Shown: positions 20,401 to 29,895, numbered from the stretch's first letter. The stretch: 64,000 bases of DNA from an uncultured Gemmatimonadales bacterium (GCA_963850905.1 CAWKMU010000003.1:640001-704000), one strand, 5' to 3'. Numbers and translations: made by a program. The notes: generated by a model not told the origin, from the sequence alone.

Positions 20401-20569
20401 GGACCTGGGCATCGTCGTGGTCGGTGGGCTTGCGATCTCGCAGATCGTCACGCTCTACATGACCCCGGTGTTCTACACCTACTTGGATGATCTTCAGACC
20501 TGGCTCGCGCAGAAGATGAGGACGGCGGTGCCCAGTTCGCTTGCGCTGCCGGTCCCGGCTGGCGACTGA
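17447..20569 (+). CDS. RND efflux permease (AcrB/MdtB-MdtC-like)
   Basis: 1040 aa; FIRRPV, GFVVDDAIVVLEN, GIVKKNAIL, RFRPIMMT. Confidence 0.95.
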   Translation: MNVPSLFIRRPVMTTLVMLGVLVFGTIAYTKLPVSDLPTVDYPTINVRATLPGASPETMAAAVATPLEKQFSTIAGIDNMTSSSILGSTSITVQFNIDRDINAAAQDIEAGISQALVNLPTGIIPPSFFRQNPAAAPVLFMVLTSNVEPLSVVDEVGETTIAQRISMVDGVSEVSVWGQQKYAVRIGLNPQALAARGIGVDQVTAAVNAQNVNLPTGVMWGANQAITVQATGNLYNAAQFQKVIVAYRNSAPVYLRDVASVTDDVQNNRTISWYNNQLGIMLAVMRQPGTNTVEVTRDVQNVLDEIRGQIPPDISLIVVEDRADYIERGVHDVKFAFVVALVLVVLVIFVFLRNVSATIIPSLALPMSIIGTFSVMYLLRYSIDNLSLMALTLAVGFVVDDAIVVLENIVRHMEMGKPRMQAALDGAAEVGSTIVTMTTSLSAVFIPIMFMGGILGMLFHEFGVTIAVAILVSGCISLTLTPMLCSRFLSPVKSAERGRLYRWSENAFNAALHTYERSLVWIMRRRPLTLGLSALTLVIMVVLFSIIPKGFLPSDDTGWLIVTTEGAEGISYDAIVPLQQKVDAILLKDPNIQAILPSVGSQGSANQGRVFAFLKPLGKGPHDRRVSTDAAVAELMRTTNTVPGITTFIQPEPLIRIGGRMSKSLYQFTLYGPDLGALDQAALAMQARLQHMHQLVGVTTDLQIKNPTVTVLIDRDRASALGITASQLEHTLYDAYGSRQVSTIYTPTNEYWVVMESMPQYERDEADLNQLYIRAPATGNIVPLSTIARLQRTVGPLSINHSGQLPSVTISFNVAPNVALSEAVGLVQDQARQVLSPTISAAFGGTAGAFQSSQEGLIILLALSIFVIYVVLGILYESFIHPITILSGIPFAAVGALIALLVTHNELNIYGFVGMIMLIGIVKKNAILMIDFAIATERSTQKSAAESIIEAASIRFRPIMMTTAAAIMGSLPIAIGVGATGASRQDLGIVVVGGLAISQIVTLYMTPVFYTYLDDLQTWLAQKMRTAVPSSLALPVPAGD

Positions 20570-20573
20570 GTCC

Positions 20574-20659
20574 ATGCCCTCATTTTCGATCTCGCGCTCT
20601 TAATCCAGCGCTCCATCATGGCAACGCTCGTCGTGGTCGGCGTGCTGATTTTCGGATGA
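20574..20659 (+). pseudogene. 5' stub of a second RND permease
   Basis: LIQRSIMATLVVVGVLIFG parallels FIRRPVMTTLVMLGVLVFG of the upstream permease; ends at the island boundary region. Confidence 0.6.
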
Positions 20660-20811
20660 CCGTTGCGAAAACCTTGGGCCACTTCCTGGGCCACTTTCGC
20701 AACAACCAGGTGGAAGAACGTGCAACGGGGTGCGGAAGTGGCCCAGCCTCCGCACCCCGTTTCACTATGAAAACCAATCACCTACGAGCTCCTGCAACGC
20801 CCGAGAAAGAA

Positions 20812-20848
20812 TTTGCAGACCGCTGCCTTACCACTTGGCTACCGCGCC
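20812..20848 (-). repeat. tRNA-Cys 5'-half copy (att-like site)
   Basis: TTTGCAGACCGCTGCCTTACCACTTGGCTACCGCGCC identical to 15421-15457; breaks in the anticodon loop. Confidence 0.92.
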
Positions 20849-21014
20849 AGAATGTCTTGCGACTACGAAACTTAGCACTACCCTGCCTTACTACTACCGC
20901 TCCGTTTGGACAGCCCGGTGGACAGTTCGGTACCGAATTCTAGCTCGCTGCCGGCTTCCGCCGCGAGCGGGCGACCGATCACCAGATCACCCCAAGCTCG
21001 CCGTTTTGTCGCCC

Positions 21015-21677
21015 CTAACGCTGCGCAGCCGAGTGCTCCGCCTCACAGGGCGCGTTCGTCCACCCGGATCGGAAGGGCGTCACCTCGCCCGAGCGCGGAT
21101 CGAACTTGTGCCGCCAAACACAAGCCGTGTCGTTGGCCAGGAGATGGATCGAGATTGAGGCCGCTGCGGACACCGTCCTCACGTAGTGAATATCGTCCTT
21201 GGGTGGCAGCAGCGCGTAGAAGCCGCCGCGACTGAGTACCTGTTGCTTGGCGACCTCGAGGCTCGCCCGTCCTGAATCGCTTCCATCGTCGAGGCGACGA
21301 TAGATCGTCTCGTCTTGCTGGCCGCGGTACACGCCGACCAGGCCCCACGCGAGGTGATCATGTACCGGTGTCGCTACGCCGGGCGGTACCACGAGGGAAA
21401 ACAGGCAGAGCGAACCGTCCACGGCCCGGTAGAGAGCGTACTGCCCGACGCCGTCACCCATGCGGCTCCCGTCATCCGGGCGAGCAAAGCGCTCGGGCAG
21501 CCAGTCGCCGGCGGCCAGCAATCGGGCGAAGGCTGGCTTGAGCAACTCGACGCGCGTAGCGTCGTCGGCTACGCGAGCCATCTCTTGCTGTGTCTCCTGG
21601 ATGAGCGCGCGGATCTCGGGCGTGTCTACCAGGAACCCAACGCCGCCGTGGTCGTGCCCCCCGTTCAGATTGCACAT
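21015..21677 (-). CDS. Cysteine dioxygenase-like (thiol dioxygenase) cupin
   Basis: TPVHDHLAWGLVG, DDIHYV, SISIHL. Confidence 0.85.
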   Translation of the reverse strand: MCNLNGGHDHGGVGFLVDTPEIRALIQETQQEMARVADDATRVELLKPAFARLLAAGDWLPERFARPDDGSRMGDGVGQYALYRAVDGSLCLFSLVVPPGVATPVHDHLAWGLVGVYRGQQDETIYRRLDDGSDSGRASLEVAKQQVLSRGGFYALLPPKDDIHYVRTVSAAASISIHLLANDTACVWRHKFDPRSGEVTPFRSGWTNAPCEAEHSAAQR

Positions 21678-21750
21678 CGGCGGAGCTCCGCTGAGGTTAC
21701 CAACGCCCGCGGCTTCTGCTTGTCGTCGTGGCAGACCAGCACCGGGGCCC

Positions 21751-24408
21751 TTACGCGCCAGCGATCAGCTGCTCGAATCTCGGGTCGCCGCGAAGCGCGG
21801 ACCACGTGGGATCGACCTTCAGCCAGCCGCGCGACACATAGAACGGGATGCTGAGAAGCTGTTGGAGGATGTCGATGGCCTTCTCCGGCTGCCCGGCCAC
21901 CAGATAGACGCGCGCCAGGAGGTACGTGTCATAGGTGCCGGTACGCGCGTCTTTCGCGATGGGCTTGAGCGCGATGCTGCGTTCGGCTTCGCGCACTGCC
22001 TCGCTCGATCGACCGAGGTATGCCAGCGCCAGGGCTAGGAACATGTGCCGCTGCTCGTCGTTCGGGATGGCGCGGAGCTGTGCCTCAAATCCGATTCGGG
22101 CGGTGTCCGCATACACGCGTGCGCGCGCCCGATCGCCCCGCAGCCAGTAGAGCTGAGCGCGGACACTGGCCTGCGTCGCCTTGTCCCCGTCGAAGGCATC
22201 GGGACCGAGCGTGAGCAGGCGCGCCTGCTGGGCGCTGTCGAGCACCCAATAGAGATCCCAGAAGTTGCCGAGGTATGCCACGAGCGCGGCCTGATCGACG
22301 GTCGGGGGCACCGAGTGAATGATGCGCTGCGCACCTGTGAGGTCGCCCTGTTCCAACGCGAGCATCGCGCTTCCCTCAATGACGGCCAGGTTCTCGGGCG
22401 CCTGCGCGAGGCGGCGCCCACAGGACAGAGCCGCCTCGGTGTACATCCGCTGCCACCGTTCGAGCTCGCACAGCAGCGTGAGATTTCGTGGGTTTTGAGG
22501 ATCGAGTCGCTGCGCTTGCTGGGCGCGCGCGAGGGCCTCGCTCCACTGGCCGAGGGACGACTGGATCTGCGCGGTCCGACGGAGCAAATCGGTGTTGTTC
22601 GGCGACCGCGCCAGTGCGGCATCGGCCTCGGCGAGTCCGCGCGCGTTGTCATCGTGCACGAAGGCGTAGTACAGAGAGCGAGCCGCATGTACGTCAGGTA
22701 GGTCCGGCGCCAACGCGAGCGCTCGAGCGGTGGCCACATCGGCTGAGTCAGCGATGGCCGGCTCGGGGACGCTGTTTGTGTACAGCAGCGTGTACATCAC
22801 GCCCATGTGCGACCACGCCAGCGCGAACGTCGAGTCGCGGCTGGTTGCCTCCCTGTCCGCGACAATCGCGCGCCGTAACACAGCGGGCGCGTTACCGCTC
22901 GCCCCAATGTCGAGGGCACGCAGGTACGCATCGTAGGCCGACAGGTCGTTCGTGGGTCGGGCGGTCAGCGTCTGCTGCGCGGCCGGCGTAAGCGCCACTT
23001 GCAGCGCATTGGCCACCTTGCTTGCGATATCACCCTGCACCTGGAACACGTCGGTGAGTGGCGCATCGAACGGCTGCGCCCATTTGTCGGCCGCCGTCGC
23101 CACGTCCATGAGCTCCGGACTGACTTGCACCCGACTCGTCCCACCTGGTCCTTTTGCCCACCGCACCTTGCCGAGCAAGAGGTATCGCACACCCAACTCT
23201 TGCGCGATGTCGCGCGGCGACTTGGTCGTATGCCGATACTGTGACGAGGTCACTGAGCCGATCACCTCGAGCCCCGGAAGGCTCGTCAGCTTCCCGCGTA
23301 CGGCGTCGGTCACACCATCGGCAAAGTACGCATCGGCCGAATCACCGAGATTGTCGAAGGGCAGAACTGCCAGCCGGATGGCGCCAGCCGGGGTCTCCAC
23401 CGTGCCCGCGTGCGTTCGCCACGCGAACAACGCCCCGCCGCCGATGAGCAAACCGAGAACGAGAGCCAGCGCGGCAATCGGGACACGCGATGCCTGGATC
23501 TTGGCTGGTTGCTCAGCCCTGGCAGGCGTCGCACGCGATGATGACCTGCGCGCGGACGACCGCTCGGCTGCCTCGAGCGCCTTGGCAAACTCTCCGGGAG
23601 TTCCCCATCGATCGGCTGGCACCGGCGCGAGCGCACGCTGCAGCGCGAGGTCGACGGCCTCGGGGACGGATGCGCGAATGCGTCGCACCGATGGCGCCGG
23701 GCTCGACATCATCTTCGCAATGACCGCCTGCGCAGTCGGCCCGGTGAACGGCGGCTCGCCGGCGAGCATCTCATAGCACACCGCGCCGAGCGAGTAGACG
23801 TCTGACGCGGGGCCAAGCGTGCGCTCACCGCTCGCTTGTTCGGGACTCATATACGCGGCAGTGCCGACGACGACCCCGGTCGCGGTGAGCGTCGTTCCCG
23901 AGGCGCTCGAGGAGAGAGCGCGCGCGATGCCGAAGTCAGCGAGGAGGGCCTGCCCGTCGGATGTGAGCAAAATGTTCTCCGGCTTCACATCGCGATGCAC
24001 GATCCCGCGCTTGTGCGCAAAGTCCAGCGCCAGAGCAACCTCGCGTGTGATGCGGACCGCATCCTCCAGACTGAGCTGCGCTTGCCGACGGAGGCGCTCG
24101 CGCAGCGATTCTCCCTCCACGTACGGCATCGTGAACCACAGGTCTCCAGCGTCCGTCTCGCCGGAGTCGAGTACCGTCAGGATGTGGGGATGCTGCAGCG
24201 CGGCGGCAAAGCTGATCTCTCGGCGAAAGCGCTCAGGTCCGAGGGAGGCAGCCAGATCCTGATGCAGGACCTTGAGCGCAACCTGCCGCCCATGCTTCGT
24301 ATCACGCGCCAGGTAGACGGTCGCCATTCCACCACGCCCCAACTCGCGCTCCAGCGTATAGTGGGCGCGAAGGGCATTCTGTAGATCTGGAGGGGGCGCG
24401 CTTTCCAC
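21751..24408 (-). CDS. Hanks-type Ser/Thr kinase with TM segment, TolB-N-like domain and TPR ectodomain
   Basis: LGRGGMATVY, VALK, HRDVKPEN, DFG, YMSPEQ; LAVLPFDN..YFADG; GTG start at 24408 preferred. Confidence 0.93.
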   Translation of the reverse strand: MESAPPPDLQNALRAHYTLERELGRGGMATVYLARDTKHGRQVALKVLHQDLAASLGPERFRREISFAAALQHPHILTVLDSGETDAGDLWFTMPYVEGESLRERLRRQAQLSLEDAVRITREVALALDFAHKRGIVHRDVKPENILLTSDGQALLADFGIARALSSSASGTTLTATGVVVGTAAYMSPEQASGERTLGPASDVYSLGAVCYEMLAGEPPFTGPTAQAVIAKMMSSPAPSVRRIRASVPEAVDLALQRALAPVPADRWGTPGEFAKALEAAERSSARRSSSRATPARAEQPAKIQASRVPIAALALVLGLLIGGGALFAWRTHAGTVETPAGAIRLAVLPFDNLGDSADAYFADGVTDAVRGKLTSLPGLEVIGSVTSSQYRHTTKSPRDIAQELGVRYLLLGKVRWAKGPGGTSRVQVSPELMDVATAADKWAQPFDAPLTDVFQVQGDIASKVANALQVALTPAAQQTLTARPTNDLSAYDAYLRALDIGASGNAPAVLRRAIVADREATSRDSTFALAWSHMGVMYTLLYTNSVPEPAIADSADVATARALALAPDLPDVHAARSLYYAFVHDDNARGLAEADAALARSPNNTDLLRRTAQIQSSLGQWSEALARAQQAQRLDPQNPRNLTLLCELERWQRMYTEAALSCGRRLAQAPENLAVIEGSAMLALEQGDLTGAQRIIHSVPPTVDQAALVAYLGNFWDLYWVLDSAQQARLLTLGPDAFDGDKATQASVRAQLYWLRGDRARARVYADTARIGFEAQLRAIPNDEQRHMFLALALAYLGRSSEAVREAERSIALKPIAKDARTGTYDTYLLARVYLVAGQPEKAIDILQQLLSIPFYVSRGWLKVDPTWSALRGDPRFEQLIAGA

Positions 24409-24605
24409 ACCCGAAATATCGGTCGATAACCAGCGTGCGCCAGAGTCTGCCCGCCGGCTTGTTAGCATTCCAGCTGCCAGGCCGCCCGTCGGGCCTGGCA
24501 CTCGCCGCATCGATCCCGCTGTGATCCGGTGCTTGCTCAACAAACGTTGATCACGGCATCAGCGAACGCTCGCCGAAGGGCCAGAGCGGTGGTTACAGTT
24601 CACGC

Positions 24606-25072
24606 ATGACTTTCAGAACGCGAAGCACGCTGTGTGTAGCGCCCCTCGCCGTGATTGCGCTGGCTGGTGCTGCGCTCACCGCAGGCGCCCCACCGAAGGC
24701 TGAACGGAATGGAACGACGGCCGCAGCGGCCGTACGCCTACGCGGCAACTCCATTGCGCCGAGTCAGCAGACAGCTCCGCGTGCCGCCATTCACTTCTCG
24801 GTCGCGCCCACAGGCAATGATGCTCGCTACCGTGTCCGCGAGCAGCTCATGGGGCATGACCTTCCGAACGATGCAGTTGGCGAGACCCAGGAGATCACCG
24901 GCGGACTCACGCTGGACAACGCGGTCATGTCACGGGCACCGCGTCCACACGCTTCACGTTCGAGGAGTTTGGCCTGACGCAGCCGCGCGTCCCCATCGTC
25001 CTAAGCGTGGCGGATACCATCGCGCTCGAATACGACTTTACGCTGGCCCGCGACAGCTCGCAGGCACCGTAA
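24606..25072 (+). pseudogene. YceI-like protein gene with internal deletion and frameshift
   Basis: N-half ARYRVREQL..NDAVGET..ITGGLTLD; C-half in another frame VTGTASTRFTFEEFGLTQPRVPIVLSVADTIALEYDF; middle missing. Confidence 0.75.
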
Positions 25073-25111
25073 GCGCACGCGATGGAATAGTGGCTCAACC
25101 CTCGCGTCGGC

Positions 25112-25894
25112 CTACCGCAGGCGCGACGGATCGAACCACGCGTCCGGCAGGTTGTCGTTCGGTTTGATGTCGGAGTAGATCTCGTGAAGCAGCATCCCAC
25201 GCTCGTCGCGCACGCCCACCTCGGTGCCGACCCACCCGCCGCCAAACGGGCGGTACTGGGCGAACCATGCGTCGCTCGTGCCGCCGCCTGCCGTGCCCGA
25301 CGGCTCCAGCATCCGCACGAACAGGTCGCGCTCGCGATCCACCCAAAATTGCTTCGATGTGGTGTCCCCCTCGGCCGCACCGACAACATAGACCGGGCGC
25401 CCACGCCACGTGCCCTGGTGCACGCGGGAGAGGTCGAAACCCTCGCCCTTGAGCTCCTCGATCGTGCGCTCCACCGGTTGCTTGTAGACGTCGAATCCCA
25501 ATATCAAGAAAAGGTTGAGACGCTTCGACCGCCGAGCCGGCTGACCGGGCGCTGCGACGTAGGTGCTGTCGCTCGCGAACAAAATGATGCGGCGCGGGTG
25601 CACCGTGTCGGATGCCGGATACCCGACGTCGATCCGCAGCCTGCCCGGCAGCTTCGCCTCCTCCCACCATTTCTCGGTGGTCATTTTCCCGTCCGGGCCG
25701 CGCTGCTCGGAGATCTCCGTGAACGACAGCGTCGAGTACCAGCTCGAGGCGTATCTGTCGTGCATCCGCCGAATCACATCCTCGCCCGTCGTCGGCGTCG
25801 TGCCAGTCGCCGTGGCGCCGGTCGCCTGTCCGCGGGCACATATGGCAATGCCCAGAAGGGCCATCATAGTCAGTGTGGGAGTCCGTTTCGACAT
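25112..25894 (-). CDS. Secreted hypothetical protein (LolA/lipoprotein-sorting-like fold suspected)
   Basis: RBS GAGG, signal peptide, PGRLRID, QFWVDRERDLFVR, YSDIKPN..LPDAWFDP. Confidence 0.75.
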   Translation of the reverse strand: MSKRTPTLTMMALLGIAICARGQATGATATGTTPTTGEDVIRRMHDRYASSWYSTLSFTEISEQRGPDGKMTTEKWWEEAKLPGRLRIDVGYPASDTVHPRRIILFASDSTYVAAPGQPARRSKRLNLFLILGFDVYKQPVERTIEELKGEGFDLSRVHQGTWRGRPVYVVGAAEGDTTSKQFWVDRERDLFVRMLEPSGTAGGGTSDAWFAQYRPFGGGWVGTEVGVRDERGMLLHEIYSDIKPNDNLPDAWFDPSRLR

Positions 25895-26427
25895 GAGTAC
25901 CTCAAGTTGGCTCGACGCCGTTCTGAGCCCGAGCACCGGCGCCCTCGACGACGACGGATGCTGTGTCGCCGCAAATCTGAAGGCAGCAGGAGCTAATGTC
26001 GACGCCCCGTGCCTGCAAAACCGCCTTTGATCTAAAGCGTGGCGATTCAGTCCAGGGGCTCGCATCACTGTCCCCTGATGCGACCAACGCCGCGTCGGAG
26101 GCGGAGACGCCGGCAAACGAATCGCTGGTCGCCGGTGTCGCATAACGCCTCGCATGGCAGACAGTTGCCGTAGGCATGATCACCCAGACCATGGCCAGGT
26201 CTCGAACGGCAGTCGCGTCGAGTGAGTCCAGCGCAATGCCGGCTTCGTACGCCTGCGCGCCCGCACGCGGTTCTTCCCCGGTCCCCAGCTTTCGTAGTAC
26301 GTAGTCACCTGCAGCATCCAGGCGTCCCTCCAGGCCAACGGTCCGGACTAGCTTCCCAACGTCGGCAGAAGTATCTCTACCCTCCCGATAGAATCGGTGC
26401 TGGCAAGCACCAACGACTCGGCTACCC

Positions 26428-29400
26428 ATGCATCCACGTCTGCGTCTGCATTCGCGACTGCCGGTCACTGTGGCTCTCGCCGTTGGCGTCGCGGTCTCAT
26501 GCACCGTGCGCGCACCGGTCGTGCTCGCCCAATCGCCACCTTCGGCGGGCGCAAATAGCGCAGCATCCGCGGCACCGATCGGCTACTACCGATTCCCGGC
26601 GATCCACGGGCACACGCTGGTATTCACCGCCGAAGGCGATTTGTGGCGCGTGTCGACTGAGGGAGGCGTCGCCGAACGGCTGACGAGTCATCCAGGGCAG
26701 GAAACGCACGCGGCGATCTCGCCCGATGGATCCCTCGTCGCGTTCTGCGCGGAATACGAAGGAGCCGCCGAGGTCTACACGATGCCCCTGGCAGGTGGCA
26801 CACCGGTGCGTCGCACGTTCCAGGGTGGGGCATCACGCGGGGGACCGATCGTCGTTGGCTGGACATCCGACGGCAAAGTGCTGTACTCGACAGCGGCCGA
26901 ATCGCCGCTCAGCGAGGCCCAGCTCGCAACGATTGACGTCTCCTCCGGGCATCGCGAAAGGGTGCCGCTCAGCGAGGCGGCCGACGGCGCGTACGACGCC
27001 GACGGCGTGCTGTACTTCACGCGTCTGGAGTTCCAGGGCAGCCATACGCGGCGCTATCGGGGCGGCACGGCTCAACAAATCTGGAAGTTCGCCAAGGGTG
27101 CCAGCGAGGCCGTGCCGCTCACGCGAGACTACCCGGGCACCAGCAAGAATCCCATGTGGTGGCAGGGACGAGTCTTCTTCCTGAGCGATCGCGATGGGAC
27201 GATGAATCTCTGGTCCATGACCGGCGACGGCGGCTCGTTGCAGCAGCTCACACACCATGGCGATTTCGACATCCTGTCGGCGTCGCTGTCAGACGGACGG
27301 ATCGCGTACCAGATGGGAGCCGATGTCTGGATCTACGACGTCGGCTCGGGGACCGACGCGCCGGTGTCGATCCGGCTGACATCGGACTTCGATCAGACGC
27401 GTGAGCGCTGGGTCGAGAGCGCGCCGGACTGGATCTCGTCGGCGCACCTGTCGCCGAGCGGTGATCGCGTGGCGTTGACGGCGCGTGGACAGGTATTCGT
27501 GGCGCCCGCCGGCGACGGGCGGCTTGTCGAGGTCACGCCGACCAAGCACGTTCGCTATCGTAATGCACGCTTCTTCGCCGATGGTAAATCGCTCCTCGCA
27601 CTGAGTGACAGTACCGGCGAGCTCGAATTCTGGTCGCTGAGCACGAACGGGCTCGGTACGCCGGCGCGGCTGACGCGCGACGCGACGGTCTTGCGCTGGG
27701 ATGGTGTGCCATCGCCGGATGGGCGTTTCATCGCGTTCTACGACAAGAACTACGAGCTCTGGCTGTTCGACCGGGCGACGGGCAAGGATGTCAGGATCGC
27801 CGTTTCCCGCACGGCCGATTTGGGTGAGTTGCGCTGGTCGCCGGACTCGCGCTGGCTCGCGTTTGTCGAGCCAGCCGTGAACACGTTTACGCAGATCGCC
27901 CTGTATGGCATCGACAAGGGCACCGTCACGCTGGTCACATCGGACCGATACAACAGTCGAAGCCCCGCGTGGGGCCGAGACGGCGCGTGGCTCTACTTTT
28001 TGTCTGATCGGAATCTGGTCTCGCTCGTCGATGGCCCTTGGGGCCCGCGCGCGCCCGAGCCGTTCTTCGACCACGGCGACAAGATCTACGCGCTCGCGCT
28101 TCATCCCGGACTCCGGTCACCGTTCGAGCCAGCGGACGAATTGCATCCGCAATCGCAGCAAGAGGGCGATTCGACCAATCGAGCTGGCGACACTGCGGCC
28201 GCCAAGGGGCACGCGCCGCCCGCCAAAGGCGTGTCGAAAGCGGCGCCCGCACCAGTCGCGGTGACGGTCGTACTGGACGGCATCATGCGACGCATTGTCG
28301 AGGTGCCGATCCGGCCCGGCAACTACGACGCGCTCTCCACCGACGGCAAGCGTCTCTACTTCCTCGCACACGAGGTGTCTGCTCGTGACTCGGCAACGGG
28401 AGCAGCGGACACGACGTTCTCGCTCCTGAGCTTCCCCATCGAGAATGACAAGCCGCACCAGCAGACATTCCTCGACGGTGTGGTCTCGTATGAATTGTCG
28501 CTCGATGGGAAGAAGCTGCTCGTGCGCACACCGAAGGACTTCCTCGTCATCGACGCCAGCGCGAAGGCTCCTGCCCCCGATTCGCTGGCCAAGCTTACGC
28601 TCGCCCTCAAGGACTGGAAGCTCCACTTCAGCCCGCGAGACGAGTGGCGGCAGATGTACCTCGAAGCGTGGCGATTGGAGCGCGACTACTTCTATGACCG
28701 TCACATGCATGGCCTGGACTGGTCCGCGATGCGCGCCAAATACCTCCCGCTCGTGGACCGGGTGGCGGATCGCGAAGAGCTCAGCGACATCCTCGGCCAA
28801 ATGGTCGCGGAGTTGTCCGCTCTGCACATCTTCGTGTTTGGCGGCGACGCGCGTCAGGGACAGGATCACATCGCGATAGGAGCCCTGGGCGCCACATTCG
28901 CTCCAGATCCACGCGCCGGAGGGTATCGTGTAGTCCACATCGAGCGAACGGATCCGGATTTGCCGAACCAGGCGGCGCCGCTCGCTCGACCTGGCGTTGA
29001 GGTCAAAGAGGGCGAGACGATCACCGACGTCAACGGCGTGGCGGCACTGTCGGCGCCGGACATCGGAGCCTTGTTGCGAGATCAAGCGGGGAAGCAGGTG
29101 TTGTTGCGCGTTCGCTCGACCGCAGATGGTGCGGAGCGGAGCGTCATCGTTGTTCCTGACTCGCAGGCTGGCGAATCCGATCGACGCTACAACGAGTGGG
29201 AATACGCGCGCCGATTGATCGTCGATTCGGCCAGCGGCGGACACATCGGATATGTCCATCTCCGTTCGATGGTGGCGCCCGACATGGCGCAATTTGCCCG
29301 CGATTACTACCCGATCTTCAATCGCGATGGTCTGATCATCGACATGCGCCACAACTTCGGTGGCGACGTCGACAGCTGGGTCCTCGAGCGCTTGCTGCGA

Positions 29401-29895
29401 AAGGCGTGGTTTTATTGGCAATCGCGAGTCGGTGATCCGTATTGGAACATGCAGTACGCGTTCCGCGGGCACATGTTGGTGCTGGTCGACGAGTGGACAT
29501 CATCGGATGGCGAGGCGTTCTCGGAGGGATTCCGACGCCTCGGCCTCGGGAAAGTGATCGGCACCCGTACGTGGGGTGGTGAGATCTGGCTCTCGGCTTC
29601 GAATTTCCTGGTGGATCGCGGGATCGCGACCGCTGCCGAGGATGGTGTCTATGGTCCGGAAGGCGCCTGGCTGATCGAGGGACACGGCGTCGATCCTGAC
29701 TCTGTCGTTGACAATCTGCCGCATGCGACCTATGCGGGCGATGACGCTCAGCTGCGGGCGGGGATCGCGGAGCTGCAGCGAGAAATCAAGGAGCACCCGG
29801 TCCCGGTCCCACCGGCCCCGCCATATCCGAACAAGGCCGTGGCAACGCGTCAAGATCCTGCCTCGCCTGCGAGGTCGGCCGCGCCAAATCGGTAA
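26428..29895 (+). CDS. Tricorn-like S41 family protease
   Basis: 1155 aa; GYYRFPAIHG, propeller repeats, PDZ-like region, LIIDMRHNFGG, SSDGE, GTRTWGG. Confidence 0.94.
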   Translation: MHPRLRLHSRLPVTVALAVGVAVSCTVRAPVVLAQSPPSAGANSAASAAPIGYYRFPAIHGHTLVFTAEGDLWRVSTEGGVAERLTSHPGQETHAAISPDGSLVAFCAEYEGAAEVYTMPLAGGTPVRRTFQGGASRGGPIVVGWTSDGKVLYSTAAESPLSEAQLATIDVSSGHRERVPLSEAADGAYDADGVLYFTRLEFQGSHTRRYRGGTAQQIWKFAKGASEAVPLTRDYPGTSKNPMWWQGRVFFLSDRDGTMNLWSMTGDGGSLQQLTHHGDFDILSASLSDGRIAYQMGADVWIYDVGSGTDAPVSIRLTSDFDQTRERWVESAPDWISSAHLSPSGDRVALTARGQVFVAPAGDGRLVEVTPTKHVRYRNARFFADGKSLLALSDSTGELEFWSLSTNGLGTPARLTRDATVLRWDGVPSPDGRFIAFYDKNYELWLFDRATGKDVRIAVSRTADLGELRWSPDSRWLAFVEPAVNTFTQIALYGIDKGTVTLVTSDRYNSRSPAWGRDGAWLYFLSDRNLVSLVDGPWGPRAPEPFFDHGDKIYALALHPGLRSPFEPADELHPQSQQEGDSTNRAGDTAAAKGHAPPAKGVSKAAPAPVAVTVVLDGIMRRIVEVPIRPGNYDALSTDGKRLYFLAHEVSARDSATGAADTTFSLLSFPIENDKPHQQTFLDGVVSYELSLDGKKLLVRTPKDFLVIDASAKAPAPDSLAKLTLALKDWKLHFSPRDEWRQMYLEAWRLERDYFYDRHMHGLDWSAMRAKYLPLVDRVADREELSDILGQMVAELSALHIFVFGGDARQGQDHIAIGALGATFAPDPRAGGYRVVHIERTDPDLPNQAAPLARPGVEVKEGETITDVNGVAALSAPDIGALLRDQAGKQVLLRVRSTADGAERSVIVVPDSQAGESDRRYNEWEYARRLIVDSASGGHIGYVHLRSMVAPDMAQFARDYYPIFNRDGLIIDMRHNFGGDVDSWVLERLLRKAWFYWQSRVGDPYWNMQYAFRGHMLVLVDEWTSSDGEAFSEGFRRLGLGKVIGTRTWGGEIWLSASNFLVDRGIATAAEDGVYGPEGAWLIEGHGVDPDSVVDNLPHATYAGDDAQLRAGIAELQREIKEHPVPVPPAPPYPNKAVATRQDPASPARSAAPNR

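Larger units (their letters stand above)
15421..20848. mobile_element. Defective 5.4-kb integrative island at tRNA-Cys (no integrase)
   Basis: Exact 37-bp direct repeats 15421-15457 and 20812-20848; paired 12-bp-period repeats inside both ends; pseudogene cargo. Confidence 0.75.
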
